DNA of 63,998 nt, filler included, from Jimgerdemannia flammicorona (Eukaryota), in NCBI GenBank assembly GCA_003990765.1. It is 3 parts of 3 records of this genome, joined end to end, with 100 filler letters (N's around TTAATTAATTAA, not from the genome) between each part and the next. Parts side by side here need not be neighbours in the genome. Positions count along the whole stretch, not along the records: positions 1 to 21,453 come from RBNJ01001448.1; 2 more parts are not named here. One strand, given 5' to 3'. The notes beneath the pieces are model-generated. The model ran no database searches. It had not been told where the DNA came from and saw nothing but the letters and a program-made list of their open reading frames with translations. Made by a program: the position numbers and the translations under genes. Below, piece by piece: positions 1 to 14,375 of this stretch (its first letter is position 1; each line of letters begins with the position of its first letter).

Positions 1-2019
1 AAAAAAAAAAAGTAGAAACACCTCCCCAAACTCCCTCACCTTTTGTTCCTGAGACAAATGAGTTGCCACCAGAAGATGAAGAAATAGAACAAGAAGAATG
101 AGAACCTGCTGCTCTAAAGCCTAAGAAGAAGTACACTCTGAAGACCATGCCTAGAGACATTTACAATGAAGCCTGGCAGAAGATTCAAAAAGCCAAGATG
201 GAAGTTCCTCTTCTACAGTTCTTGTAACTGATACCAGCTGGAGTCCAAAACAAATTGCTGAGAACCACCAGGTCTAGCACTGGCCAAATTCCGATTCCAC
301 AGCAAGAACCAGCTTCCATTCCTATTCAAGCAGCTAAAAGACATGTCAGCACCTACTTATATAGAAATATTGGAGGACAAAAGGTGAAGATCCTCATAGA
401 CACAGGAGCAGCTGTCTGTGTCATTGTCAAACAATTCCTAGATACCCTCCAATGGCCTATTGATGGACCATCTAATCTCAGCATCATAGTAGCAGTGGAG
501 CCCGAACTCAACCCCTTGGAGAAGTACAAAATATCACAATCTCTCTTGGATACATTCAGTTCTCTATCCCCAAAGCTGTTGTCACTGAAGCTGTCACCTA
601 TGATATGATTCTTGGTACCAACTGGATGAAGGAAATGAATACAGTTGTTGATATTGACCAACAGGTACTCAAGTTTGACTACTGAGGCAAGAAGTACAAA
701 GTTAAGGTGACCAGCTATGAGTAATCAAAGAAGAAGAAGAAGGTCACTATTCAGGAAGAGTATGCCAGTAGTAAAGAATCTACCACAGAAGAAGAGAAAG
801 AATCTGAAGATAGAAATGACCCCAGACTCAATCTCTGAATCAATCTGGTAGATGACTGACCAGAAGATAATATGTGGGCCAAGAACACTATCTCTATTAC
901 CATTGGAGCTATTGCAGGAGAAGCCAAAGGATGCCCTACATGCCTCAAGAGACACAAGTGTCCCAAGCACTCCTCTAAGATCACGGGAACAAGGAAATCG
1001 CCTGGCACAGCCTGCCCAGAGTGCAGAAGGAAGAAGAAGAAATACAGACATGTTCCAGAAACACCTGCAACCGAAGCTACAGAAGTACAAGCAATTTGGG
1101 GTCAAGAATCATCTGAGGAAGAAGAAACTTCTGACCAAGAAGTTCCTGAACAAGAAGCACCTGATGAAGAAGAGGTCCCTGAACTCATTCCCTAGGATGA
1201 CTCTCACTGGACACTATCTGAAGACAATGACCCTTGGAATACAGAAGAAGGATTCAGTATAATCACCATTATTCCCAAGAAAGAAACTCACCAAGAAAAG
1301 ACTTTTTGGCTAGGAAGATGCCTACACCAAATAGTCTTCCACTCTCTCTGAGACTACTGCTATCAGTGTCATCTGTTGGACCAATAAGAAAGACAGAGAC
1401 CCCAGAGACCAGAACCCCCAACTACTCTTGCACAGTCTACTACCTTTCAAGAAGTTACCATAAGGTTATAAAGTCGATTTAGGGGATAAGACTTTTTCAC
1501 CCAAACAGAAATATACCTCTTGTCTACCCTTCCCCCAACCTATGATCAAGATGGATACCAATTCTCAAGACAACAAGAGATAAATAGCTGGGAACATCAT
1601 TTTTGGGTAATGGGATATTACAACTATGAGAGACACCCTGACTGCCAAGACTGTAGACACCAGAAGATTCACCTCAGTCATGATGTTGCAGTGCATACTT
1701 TGAAGAAAGGAGATAACCAAAGCCAGATCTGAAAAAGCCAGATTCAAAAAAGCCAGACCAAGAAGCCTGGAAAAAGAATTCTCAAGATCTATGATTTGAG
1801 AGAAGACATTCTAGCTCTCATCAGACATGCAACCTGCCAAAGATAGGCAGAAGATACCACCAACTTCATAGAAGCCCTTGACCCTACAGGAAGGAGGGGA
1901 ATCAACTACCTCCAAGACCCCTCTACTGGAGCAGATGGCCACACCTCAACCTTAGAGCTTGAAGGCTCTCTGCTAGTAGAGCTTCAGTCTTAGAAAAGCC
2001 TGAACTCAGCAAGGATATT

Positions 2020-2425
2020 GCCCAGTATGTCCTGCTGCACCCCAAGGCCAAACCCCTGACCAAAGCCCACCCTGAGGATATAGGATATGATCTTCACAGC
2101 CTGGAGGATAAATCTATCAAGCCTGGAAAAACCTTCATGATCAGAATTGGATTAGCCATGCAGCCACCCCAAGGAGCTTATATTCAACTGACCTCAAGGT
2201 CTGGACTTGTCAGACAAGGGATAACTGTAGAAGGAGGAACCATTGACCCTGGATATATAGGCGAAATCAAGATTATCCTATACAACAATAGTGCAGAATG
2301 GCACTGAATCATTAGAGGACAGAAGATTGCCCAAGCAGTCTTCATGAAGGTCAAGACCCCACAGTTACAGGAAGTCTCTGAACTAACTGAAGGAACAAGA
2401 CAAGCCAAGGGATTTGAAAGTTCAG
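2020..2425 (+). pseudogene. dUTPase domain of element A pol (between protease and RT)
   Basis: Translation HPKAKPLTKAHPEDIGYDLHS...SRSGLVRQGITVEGGTIDPGYIGEIKIILYN...QKIAQAVF...RQAKGFESS matches trimeric dUTPase motifs I-V; one in-frame stop. Confidence 0.9.
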
Positions 2426-3727
2426 ATAGGAAGGAGATACATCTCCTTCAAGTCAACCACCTCAAGAGGAATGTTCCCCAGCAAGTGTACTGACAATCAG
2501 TCAGACTGCACAAGAATCTCATCCTGGAGCTTAGAGAATAAACTATCTTCAAAATCTTTGCACCACCTGACCCCAGAAACCTTTTCTTTGAACCCAAGAA
2601 AGATATCCTATACCTGGATATAGAGGGACACACATTCCCTGATAAGATGAAACCAGTACACTCCCGAGCAACCAACCAAAGTTGGGAGACCATCATCTTG
2701 CCAAGAGGAACCATCATAGGACATCTGGTGCCTTTTCTCAACTGAACTCATAGGGAAGTTTATGAACTAAACCTATCAGGAAATGGCAAAAGGTCCCAGA
2801 AGAAAGGAAAGACCCCTCTGTGACCCAGGAGACAGTGAAGCCTTCTACCAATATTGGAGAAGAATTGACACCCCAATAATAGCAACAACTAGTAGAACTT
2901 CTCAACAAATATCAAGATATCTTTACTACCAATTATGGCAACCTGCCATACAACCTATCATATCACCATAGTATAAATACAGGAAATGCAACACCCATCT
3001 GGCAGAAACCCTATAGAATACCCCATCACTTGAAAATATTCAAAAAGAGCACATTCAAGAACTCTTAGACAATGGAGTCATCTGACCCTCCACTAGCCCC
3101 TAGACCAGCCATATACTTATTGTACCAAAGAAAGGAGGATGGAGACTCTGTATAGATTACAGGAAACTCAATTCAGTCACTGAGAAGGATGCTTATCCTT
3201 TGCCCAGAATCGATGATCTTTTGGATCAGTTACAGGATACCAGATACTTCAGCAGTATGGATCTTTTCACAGGATTCCATGAGATCCCCATGGACTCCAA
3301 GGATATTCAAAAGATAGCCTTTCTTACTCTAGGAAAACTGTTTGAATACCTCTGAATGCCCTTTGGACTCTGCAATGGACCCCCCACCTTTTAGAGGATA
3401 ATGAATTCAGTCTATATTCCTTTGATCCACTACTGCCTGATTGTATACATGGATGATTCCAACATCTATTCAGTGAATTTCAAAGAATACCTGCACCACC
3501 TAGAGGAATTCTTCAAGCTCACTCACAAAAATCACTTGAGATTGAATGCAAAGAAATGCTACTTTAGGAAACAGAAACTTGAATTCCTGGGATTCATGGT
3601 TTCAAAAGAAGGAACTCATGCAGATCTAAAGAAAACTGAGAAGATCAACAATTGGCCAATACCCAAGACTCCAAAAGAAATACTATCATTTCTGATGCTA
3701 GTATCCTACTACAGAAGGTTCATTAAG

Positions 3728-5790
3728 TATAAGCACACAACCTCCAAGTCACTGAAATCACACATCACTCTCTGAACAAGCCACTGAAATCACATGTGAC
3801 CTCTGAATAAATCTGGAAATCACTTGCTTGATCATGAAGCTGAGTCAAACTGAAGTCACAGCACACAAAGCTGAGTCAATATAAAGTCACAGAACACAAG
3901 ATTTATACAAACAGAATCTTACCAATCAGGACCAAATGCATATATACCAAGTACTGAGATGTGTCAAAACAGAGAACCAAAACAAACAACAAACCATAAC
4001 TTCCAAACATACAAATATGACCACCAAGATCTACACCTGTATTCATACTGACATTTGGAATGCCATTGTCAACCAAGCCACTCCCCCTCTGCCTCTCATG
4101 AATATTCATAGCTGGGCACCCCTCTATTTTGTGGAAGCCCAATGGAATGCCCTAAACATGCTCAATGAGGCCCACTGAATTGGACAAATCTCAAGCTACT
4201 ACCAGATTGGCTGCCTCCTAGAAGACATAGTCAAACACCACCATGATACAGACATTACCCAGATGTCTCAACACCAGAAACTCATTGCCTGCAAATACCA
4301 AGAACTCTTCTATGAGTATAGCACTGTTATTCCCCACCTCTGAGTTACTACAGCCAAAATGATTGCTACCCTGTCCTATGGCCAAATCAATAACATAATA
4401 CAAGAACTCAACCACAAGTACCTTGAGTATGTTGAAACCATAGACAGAACCTTCCCACACCCCAATGATCATATCCTGCAAATACCCCAAGTCAGATATG
4501 CCATGAAGGATGTCTATAATATAATCCACTTCGATGAAGACAAAGTAGAAGACAATGATCCCTCTGATACCAACATGACCTCAAGCCAAGGATCTCTGCC
4601 AACCCTGATCACACCACCAACCTTGCTGATGAACTTATTACAATTCATAACAGTATACGAGACTTATTGGGACAATGACCACTGACATAAATACCAACCT
4701 GCATTCATCTCTGATTACTTCAACTATAATAAAGAGACCAGAGAACACAACCTGTACCTTCAGACAACCCTTGAGAATGAACCAACCACTCTACCATCTG
4801 AGTATGAATGATATGAACTACTGCTGCCAGCTTACTACAACTCTGTAACTCATAGTGCTGTAACCTACAGAAGGTATATAGACAGCAAATCTGATAAAAG
4901 TGAAGATGATGCACCCCTCCTTTACCCGCCAATACCTTACCCTGCATACAAGATGGATGATACCATCTTGTAGGATAGAGATGAAGTTCCAATGTATTAT
5001 TACTTCAGTGAACAAGGAGAAGTAATCCACAAATCACTTTTTCTAGATGACTACTTCATCAGAGATGATGTCATTGATGGTGATTTCATTGAAGACTACT
5101 CAGACAGTGTCTAAACCTATAAATAGCTTAGCAGTCATAGTATAGTTAGATTAGTCTTGTATGACATGACTGTGAACTGACTCAGCAGTCAGATGATCTC
5201 TTGACATATCAGATCACTCTTGTACTATGTGACTATATTCCAACTCAGTAAGGCACTTAGTGCTACATCCATATCTAGCATAGTTCAGATAGCCCCTCAC
5301 TAGTATAAATATCCCCTCTCCCAGACCTCAGAATCTCAGACTCAAACACACAAGAACATTCCTGAATACTTTCCCACAATATTCCTTCACACAACTACTC
5401 CTAGTATAGCAATATCATGAAAAGCGAATAAACCTATTTAATAACCAACAAACTACTCTTAAGTAAATTTACTCCCCATTAGATCCCACTCCTAACCCCA
5501 TTATGAAAATTCCTAATTGGGTATTGTCTGCAGCAATATGCCAATTCAACTAAGCTGGTCTTAGTTTCTTGAACTTTCTGAAATATGGAAAATCCTGAAC
5601 ATCCAGAACTAGTCCGAAAAAGGACTTTGGTTGAGATGTCAACCCAATCTTGAAATCAATAAGCATAGAGGATGTACTCTATATGAAATTGATCTTAACC
5701 ATAAGAAAACAGTCTTCCAGAATATCCAGAACTTCCAGAAAACCCTTCCAGAACTATGTAATAGATACCCTAAAAAGCAACCCTCTTACA
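3728..5790 (+). repeat. 5' LTR of element B
   Basis: Colinear with 12314-14375 and 35065-37042; starts TA (mutated TG) AAGCACAC and ends CTCTTACA; TATAAAT near 5303, AATAAA near 5427; short tandem repeats 3750-3900. Confidence 0.95.
4017..5114 (+). pseudogene. ~365-codon accessory ORF of unknown function inside the B LTR (U3)
   Basis: One frame from ATG 4017 to TAA 5112-5114, interrupted only by transition-type stops. Same frame seen at 12602-13699 (one frameshift) and in the solo LTR (minus, ~35730-36753). Confidence 0.75.
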
Positions 5791-6751
5791 ACTTGGTAGC
5801 AGTAGTTTACAATCCAATTCCACTTCAAGATGCTTCCTCATCCTGCTATAAACCCATCTGTAAATTCCTACAAGTTGGTATAAAGCCCAATCTCTGAACT
5901 GAAATTTATCCTGAACCATCTGACAATCTGGAGAGAATTGAACCTAATATACAAGAACAATTTGACCTCCACATCTGCAACAAGTGGGACAAACTTCATT
6001 TGAAGAAAGAAATACTCTAGTTAAATCAGCAAATAGGCGAAACCCTATTCACTGAACTCCTTACTCTACACCCAGCAAGTCAAGATGAAGAAGGTCTTAT
6101 TGAAGCCTTCTTTACTCTTCTCAATAAGAGTTTTGTCAGCTCCATAAATCTGAGCGACCTAGGATAACTAGCAGTAGTCTTTCTAGCCTTAGTTCCTCAT
6201 AAAGCCCAAGCCTCTGTAGCCAAGTAGCTCAACACTATCAACTTTCACCATACCAGGACCAAGACTGCACTATACTACTGATTCCAGAACAGCAAGGCCT
6301 GCCATATTCTTAAAGAAGAAGCAAGAGAAACCCTTCATCAACTACCTGACCCTGAACCAGAAGCAGGCTCTGCTACAGCCCTATCTGAATCTGAAACCAA
6401 CACTGAACCTGAACTTGACTTCGAATTAAGTCCATCTGAAATCAGATATACAACTGATTTCATCTACTTCAACACTGAGCAAACCCAATTACACAGAGAC
6501 CAAACTGAAGAGGAGGAGGAGTATCTCAGTGAATTTGATCCCGGATATACCACCAAAGGAGAAGCACCTCCATTAGGATAGAATACACCTATACAGCAAC
6601 AACAGTTATCTATCAAGCCCTCACTCCAGACCCACAACTACTACTCTAGCAACTTACACAGACCAAAAGAACCCCATCACACTCTGCACCAGTACCTCAA
6701 GTAGTACCAGTAACACCACTACCAGCAGTCCAACCACCTCCAGTAAACAAT

Positions 6752-7790
6752 ATGGTGAACCAACAGATTCTAGACCTCACAGCCTAGATAGCCATAATGG
6801 TAGCAACCATTACTGCCTTAGCTGAACAGACCCAACCTACCAAAAATCTGAGCCTACCTACCTTCAATGGTACTGCACAAGAAGTCCAAAGCTTCATTAG
6901 TATAGTTGATACCAACTTTGAAGCCAATAAATGGACCAATGAGTGAGTTGCTGACCATATTCTGACAAACAATCAAGACCACACTCTGGGACAACTCTTT
7001 GCAACCACTACAGCCTATGTCCACCAAGTTGTTACATTCTTCTGAGGACCTGCTGAAGAATAGTGGCAAACCCTTTCTGAAAAACCCCTCATATAGGATA
7101 CCCAACCTACAGTAGTTGCTCAGAATGCAGCAAACAATACTCCAGGATATAGAGCCCATCCTATGGCCCCTGGACTCAAACAACTCATGATTGCTCAATA
7201 CCACAGCGAAACTATAATTGCTGAATCCCGAGTAAAACTCTGCAACCTCAAATTCAATGTACATGACAAAGAAGAATTTGAAACCTTCTGTATAAAACTC
7301 GAGTCACTCCTGAACACTGTTGGCCTAGGATACATTGCCAATGATGAAGCATGAAATGGTACAAGAGCAGACCATTTATTCGATGTACTGCCTGAATGGC
7401 TTACTAGAAAAATCCAAGAACAAGGCTGCTCAGTTGGTTGTGATCACCAACAATGGTATCTGGCAAGAATCAAGACTATGGTCAAGTGAATCCTAACAGC
7501 TGGACCAATTCTACCCCAAAGACAATTCAACAACAAGAAAAAGACTTGAACCAAGAAAGAAGAATCCAAGCATGAAGCATTCTGAACTCCCTCCATATCC
7601 ACTTCTTGGTCACCCAGAAATCATGAACCCATGCAGCCGAGTACCTTCAAGAAACTCACTGAAGGCAAAAGGAATGAACTTTGAAGAAGCAGAGCATGCT
7701 TATATTGCTGAAAGATAGGATACATGGCCAGCATCTACCCTAACCAAAAACCCTGAACAGCAACATGAGCAACTGTTACCACTCTGCACC
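6752..7790 (+). pseudogene. gag of element B
   Basis: LSLPTFNGTAQEVQSFI capsid-like start; degenerate zinc knuckle CLYC*KIGYMASIY (C-x2-C-x4-H-x4-C with transitions) at ~7697-7740. Confidence 0.75.
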
Positions 7791-7816
7791 ACCTCAATAA
7801 CCTGACTACCAGAACA

Positions 7817-10800
7817 CTAGACTTTGTCAAGTTAAGACAAACTGCTAAGGCCCCAACCAAAGGAAGTCAAAAAGCAGCTGGATATAACCTGTATGTAGCT
7901 GAAGAAGCTATAGTTTCCAACCGAGAAGTCAAGCAAGTCTATACAGGAATTAGTATCCAAATCTCTGAAGGACATGTTGGAAGAATATGCTGTTGCAGCA
8001 GTCTAGTATTGAAAGGACTCTCAGTAGAAGGAGGAGTCATTGACAAAGATTATACAGGTGAAATTATTGTTCTTATCCAAAACCACAGTTGGACACCCTT
8101 CAAGATCTCTATTGGTTTCTGTATTGCTCAGATTCTATTTGAAAAAATTGAATCAACCCTGATAATTAAGGAAGTCCCTGAACTACTACCCACCATCTGA
8201 TGATCCAAAGGATTTGACTCATCAAACAAGGCCTCAGCCCAACCTACCATAAACAAAGAAGAACAATTCTACAAGAAAATCGAAGATGGATATATACCAA
8301 GTGGCCAATGCCCTTATGGCATTGGAATGTACTCTTCCCAAATGATTGATGATTGCTTCTCTTGTGTCAATGAACTGGCTCAAAGAAGAACCAACAGAAA
8401 GAAGGCTCCTACAACCAAAATCACCACTATTGGATCAGACAAACTGCATATACTTAAAGCTTTTGTCAACTGAGCACCTGTTAAGATTATGATAGACAGT
8501 GGTGTCTCAGACAACTTCATCAATAAAGAAATAGCCAACAGACTTAAGGTTTTCACCTCTCTAGTACAACAAACCCAAGCAGTTGCCACAGCTGATGGAA
8601 CCTCACATGTTATTAGCAAGGAAGTCCACAATCTACCCTTCCAAATTGGTGACTAGTGAGTACATGTTACCCTCCAGATCATATCACTCCCTGATAATGA
8701 AATCATCCTTGGGACTCCATAGTTAAAACAAGAGAACCCCATGATCGATTGGATAAACCATTCTCTGACCATCAAGAAAGGATGCCACAACTTCAAACTG
8801 CAAGGCAAAAAGGATCCACTTAATTCTAGTGACCCTGGACCAAAGATCATCCACATTAACAAGCTACAACTCAAGAAATTGGCCAAGAAATACCCTCTCT
8901 TCACCATCTCCATCCACCTATCCAAAGGAGAACCCAAAAACTCTGAAGAAGATTTTTCCAAAGTTAACAGCCATGTCAGACCACTACTCCAGAAATTCTG
9001 AGACATATTCCCGAAGAAGCTCCTGAAAGGCCTACCTCCCAAATGAGCAGTAGACCATACTATCAAGACTATTTCAGATACCAAACCAGCCTTCAAGTCA
9101 ATCTACCACATGTCTCTGAGAGAAATTGATGCACTCAAGAAAGAAATTGATGAACTCCTAGAATAAGGATTCATCAGATCCAGCATATCACCTTATAGTA
9201 CACCAGTCCTATTTGTTGTCAAGAAAGGAGAAGACCTGCGAATGTATATTGATTACTGTAACCTTAATGAACAGACTATCAAGAACTGTTACCCACTACT
9301 AAGGATCAATGAAATATTCAATAGACTTACCAACCCACAATTTATGAGCTCCTTTGACCTGCGAAATGATTACTAGCAAATTGCCATGAAAGAAGAAAAC
9401 ATCTACAAGACAGCCTTCCGAACTCACTATGGACACTTTGAGTTCCTGGTTATGTCTTTTGGCTTAACTAATACTCCTGCAACCTTCCAGACACTGATGA
9501 ATACTATCCTGCACCCATACTTGGACAAATTTGTTATTGTCTATATTGATGACATTCTAGTCTTCAGCAAAACTCTGGAGGAACATCTTGAATACCTTGA
9601 ACTAGTACTACTGAAACTCTGAGAAAACTGACTCTTTATAAAACTCAGCAAGTGTGAATTTCTCCTGAAGGAAATCCAATTCCTTGAACATATTATCACA
9701 CTGAATGAAATCAAAGTGGACCCCAGCAAAATCTCTGCAATCAAGAATTGGCCCAGACCCAAGAAGCTGAAAGATCTCCAGTCATTCTTGGGATTAGCAA
9801 ACTATTATAGGTGATTTGTTGCCAACTTTGCTAAAATCACCACCACTCTCACCCAAATGACCAAGTATAGTAAGAAAGAAAAACAGCCCTGGACCACGAA
9901 ACAAGAGAAAGACTTCAACAATCTTGTAAATTGGAGACCCAAACAAGATACAGCCTTTCAAGCATTGAAAGATGCCTTGATAACCACTCCAGTACTTCAG
10001 GCAGCCAATTCTACCCTACTATACAAAGTCACTACTGATGCCTCTGACCTAGCTCTTAGAGCAGTGCTCATGCAAGAAGGACACCCTGTGGTCTATTACT
10101 CCTACAAGTTCAATGATGTCAAAATTAACTATACAACCCATAAAAAGAAAATACTAGCCATTGTAGATACTCTGATCAAATAGCGATCATACCTAGAAGG
10201 AGCACACTTCACTGTATTGACTGACCACAAATCATTAGTCAATATTAAGACCCAGGCTACCCTTTCTCGAAAGCAAGCCAGATGGATGAAAGTCCTCACC
10301 AACTTTGACTATGAAATCCAGTACTGCCCTGACAAGGAAAATATTGTTACCAATACAATCTCCAGACCACCAATCAAAGAAGTTATCCAAACCCTCATCT
10401 TGATTACAAACTCTATCATGGAACAAATTATCGTAGCATGTGCTGATGATAAAGAAGCTCAAGCACTCTGAGAAATCCTGAACAGTGATGATACTGACAA
10501 GTATACACAGTACCATCAATACCAACTGAAGGACAATACTATCTACTACAAGGACAGACTGTATGTCCTAAACAACTGAGACCTCCAAAGGACTATCCTA
10601 TTCAAATGTCATGATACCCCTACAGCTGGACATTTAGAATTTGATAAATGTTACAAAGTTATCTCCCGAAACTTCTATTGGCCCTGCATGGCAGACCAGC
10701 TCAAGACCTACATTACTTCCTGTGATGCCTGCCAATGGAATAAGTCCTCAACACTAGCAAAACCTGACCTACTCCACCCTATTCCAGTACCATCTGCTAA

Positions 10801-11884
10801 TTGGGAACAAATCTCTATGGACTTCATTGTACAACTACCCCAAACCAAGAATGGGAAAGATGCAATTGTTGTCTTTATGGACTATCTCAGCAAACAAGCT
10901 CACTTTGTATCAACTACCACTACTGCAACAGCACCAGATATAGCTACACTCTTGTTTGACAACATTTTCTGCTATCATGGTCTTTCTAAGATCATTGTTA
11001 GTGACTGAGACCCAAAATTCACCAGCTATTTTTGGAAAGCCCTCCATGCACACCTTGGAACGAAACTTGCACTATCTACAGCTTTTCACCCTGAAACTAA
11101 TGGCCAAACTGAAAGAATGAACTGAACTCTGGAACAAATGCTAAGGAACTATGTTTCCTACAGACAAGATGATTGGCATGAACACCTCACTGTAGTTGAG
11201 TTTGCCTATAACAACAGCAAGCAAGCCTCTCTCAGAATGATACCATTCTTTGCCAATACTGGACAAAACCCAAACACCTCTTTGACACTCATCCGAACTA
11301 CTGAAGAACTCTCTACAGTCGAAGCCATTGAAGAATTCCTACTCTGAATATATAATCTGAGCCAGATTGTAATTGAGAATTTATCGTGAGCCCAAGAACA
11401 ACAGTTACAGTATATTAACCAACACTGCTGGGAAGAAACCTTTAACATTGGAGAAAAAGTTCTACTGGACATCTGAGGATACCAAGTTGACAACCTCAAG
11501 CACAGACCATCTACAAAGCTGAACAGCAAGTTCATTGGACCATTCAAAGTCATCGCACAAGTCTCTCCTACTTCCTATAAATTGGCACTACCAGACACCA
11601 TTAAGATTCACTCAGTCTTTAATGTCCAACATCTCAAGTGATATAATGAAAATAATGACAAACTATTTTCAAACCAGACCACCAAACCACCTGCACCTGT
11701 CATTATTAATGACCAAGAAGAATATGAAGTTGAACAAATTCTCAACAAATGTGTCCACAAAAACCACCCAGAGTACCTTGTCAAATAAAAAGGTTACCTG
11801 ATCTACAATGCAACCTGGAAACCCAAGAGCAATCTCCAGAATGCTACCGACTTAGTTCAGGAATATGATTCCTTGAACAACTAA
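7817..11884 (+). pseudogene. pol of element B: dUTPase, protease, RT, RNase H, integrase, chromodomain
   Basis: dUTPase AAGYNL/GGVIDKDYTGEI (7817-8225); protease IMIDSGVSDNFI (~8485); [13 protein letters not shown] and [37 protein letters not shown]; chromodomain EEYEVEQILNK...YLVK*KGY...ATWKP (11716-11884). Confidence 0.92.
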
Positions 11885-12313
11885 AACTATATACTCTACA
11901 CCTATCTGTACATACTATATATTATCCTCCCAAACACTATAATTACTACAAATAAAATCAAAAACTCAGCAAGTCAAGACATAAGAATACCGATCCTGTA
12001 GAAAAATAGCAAAACTAAAAGCCAGCCTATTCTCCCCATACCACTGATGGAAAACGAGGCATAGATATTTAAGAAGATTCCTTAGAAGAAATTCTCCAGT
12101 AGTGAATGACATCAGAATCACTTCCGGCACATAGCATTGAACACATGACCCTTTAATGTATGAATCTAATATGTTAGACAACTGTACTATGAGCATGCCA
12201 CTTTCTGAGAAAAATGGACTTCACTGGACTTTTGACCTCTCAAATGGTATAACAATACTAGAACAAAATTAGAAGGCCTCAATAAGGATATCGAAAGCTA
12301 AGAAGGGGAGAGT

Positions 12314-14375
12314 TGTAAGCACACAACCTCCAAGCCACCGAAATCACATGTCACTCTCTGAACAAGCCACTGAAATCACATGTGACCTCCAAACAAATCT
12401 GGAAATCACCTGCTTAATCATGAAGCTAAGTTAAACTGAAGTCACAGCGCACAAAGCTGAGTCAATACGAAGTCACAGAACACAAGATTTATATAAATAG
12501 AATCTTACCAATCAGGACCAAATGCATATATACCGAGCACTGAGATGTGTCAAAACAGAGAACCAAAACAAACAACAAACTACAACTTCCAAACACACAA
12601 ACATGACTATCAAGATCTACACCCATATCCGTGCTAATATTTGGAATGCTATTATCAACCAAGCCACTCCCCCTCTGCCCCTCATGAATATCCATAGCCA
12701 GGCACCCCTCTATTTTATGGAAGCCTGATGAAATGCCCTAAACATGCTCAACAAGGCCCACTGAATTGGACAAATCTCAAGCTACTACCAGATTGGCCAC
12801 CTCCTAGAAGATATGGTCAAACACCACCATAATACAGATATTATCCAGATGTCTCAACACCAGAAACTCATGTCTGCAAACACTGAGAACTCTTCTATGA
12901 GTATAGTGCTGTTATTCTCCACCTCCGAGTTACTATAGCTGAAATAGTTGCTACTCTGTCTTATAGCCAAATTGACAACATGATATAAGAACTCAATCAC
13001 AAGTATCTTGAGTATGTCAAAACCATAGACAGAATCTTTCTACACTCTAATGATCATATCCTGCAAATGCCTCAAGTTGGATATACTATGGAGGATGTCT
13101 ATGATATAATCTACTTTGACAAAGATGAAGCAGAAGACAATGATCCCTCTGATACCAATATGACCTCAAGCCAAGGATCCCTGCCAACTCTGATCACACC
13201 ACCAACCTTACCAATGAACTTATAACAATTCATAACAGTATACAAGACTTATTGGAACAATGATCACTAGCATGAATACCAACCTGCATTTACCCCCGAT
13301 TACTTCAACTATAACAAAGAGACCAGAGAACACAACCTGTACCTTCAGACAACCCTCAAGAATGAACCAACCACTCCACCACTCGAGTATGAATGACATG
13401 AACTACCATTGCCAGCTTACTACAACTCTGCAACTTATAGTACTGTAACCTACAGAAGGTATGCAGACAGTGAATCTGATGAAAGTGAAGATGATGCACC
13501 CCTCCTTTGCCCACCAATACCTTACCCCATATACAAGATGGATGATGCCATCTTGTGGAATGGAGATGAAGTTCCAATGTATTATTACCTCAGCAAACAA
13601 GGAGAAGTAATCTGCGAACCACTTTTCCTAGATGACTACTTTATCAGAGATGATGTCATTGATGGTGATGTTATTGAAGACTACCCAGACAGCGTCTAAA
13701 CCTATAAATAGCTTAGCAGTCATAGTATAGTTAGATTAGCCTTGTACAATGTGACTGTGAACTGACTCAGTAGTCAGACAATCTCTTGACATGTCAGATT
13801 ACTCTTGTACTACGTGACTGTATTCTGACTCAGCAAGGTACTTAGTGCTACATTCATATCTAGCATAGTCCAGATAGCTCCTCACTAGTATAAATACCCC
13901 CTCCCCCAGACCTCAGAATCTCAGACTCGAACATATAAGAACATTCCTGAATACTTTCCCACAATATCTCTTCATATAACTACTCCTAGTATAGTAATAT
14001 CATGAATAGCGAATAAACCTATTTAATAATCCACAAACCACTCTTAAGTAAATCTGCTCTTTATTAGGTCCCACTTCTAACCCCATTATGAAAATTCCTA
14101 ATTGGGTATTGTCTGCAGTGATATACCAATTCAACTAAGCTGGTCTTAGTTTCTTGAACTTCCTGAAATATGAAAAATTCTGAACATCCAGAACTAGTCC
14201 AAAAAAGGACTTTGGTTGAGATGTTAATCCAATCTTGAAATCAATAAGTGTAGAGGATGTACTCCATATGAAATTGATCTTGACCATTTTCTTATGGTCT
14301 TCCAGAACATCCAGAACTTCCAGAAAATCCTTTCAGAACTACATAACAGTTACCCTAAAAAGCAACCCTCTTATA
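12314..14375 (+). repeat. 3' LTR of element B
   Basis: Starts TGTAAGCAC after the PPT and ends CTCTTATA (mutated CA); colinear with the 5' LTR. Confidence 0.95.

Larger units (their letters stand above)
3728..14375 (+). mobile_element. Full-length chromovirus-type Ty3/Gypsy element B with two ~2.06 kb LTRs, nested in A
   Basis: LTRs at 3728-5790 and 12314-14375; target duplication TTAAG (3723-3727) / TCAAG (14376-14380); PBS TGGTAGCAG 5794-5802; PPT AAGAAGGGGAGAG 12300-12312; domain order gag(CCHC)-dUTPase-PR-RT-RH-INT-chromodomain. Confidence 0.95.
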
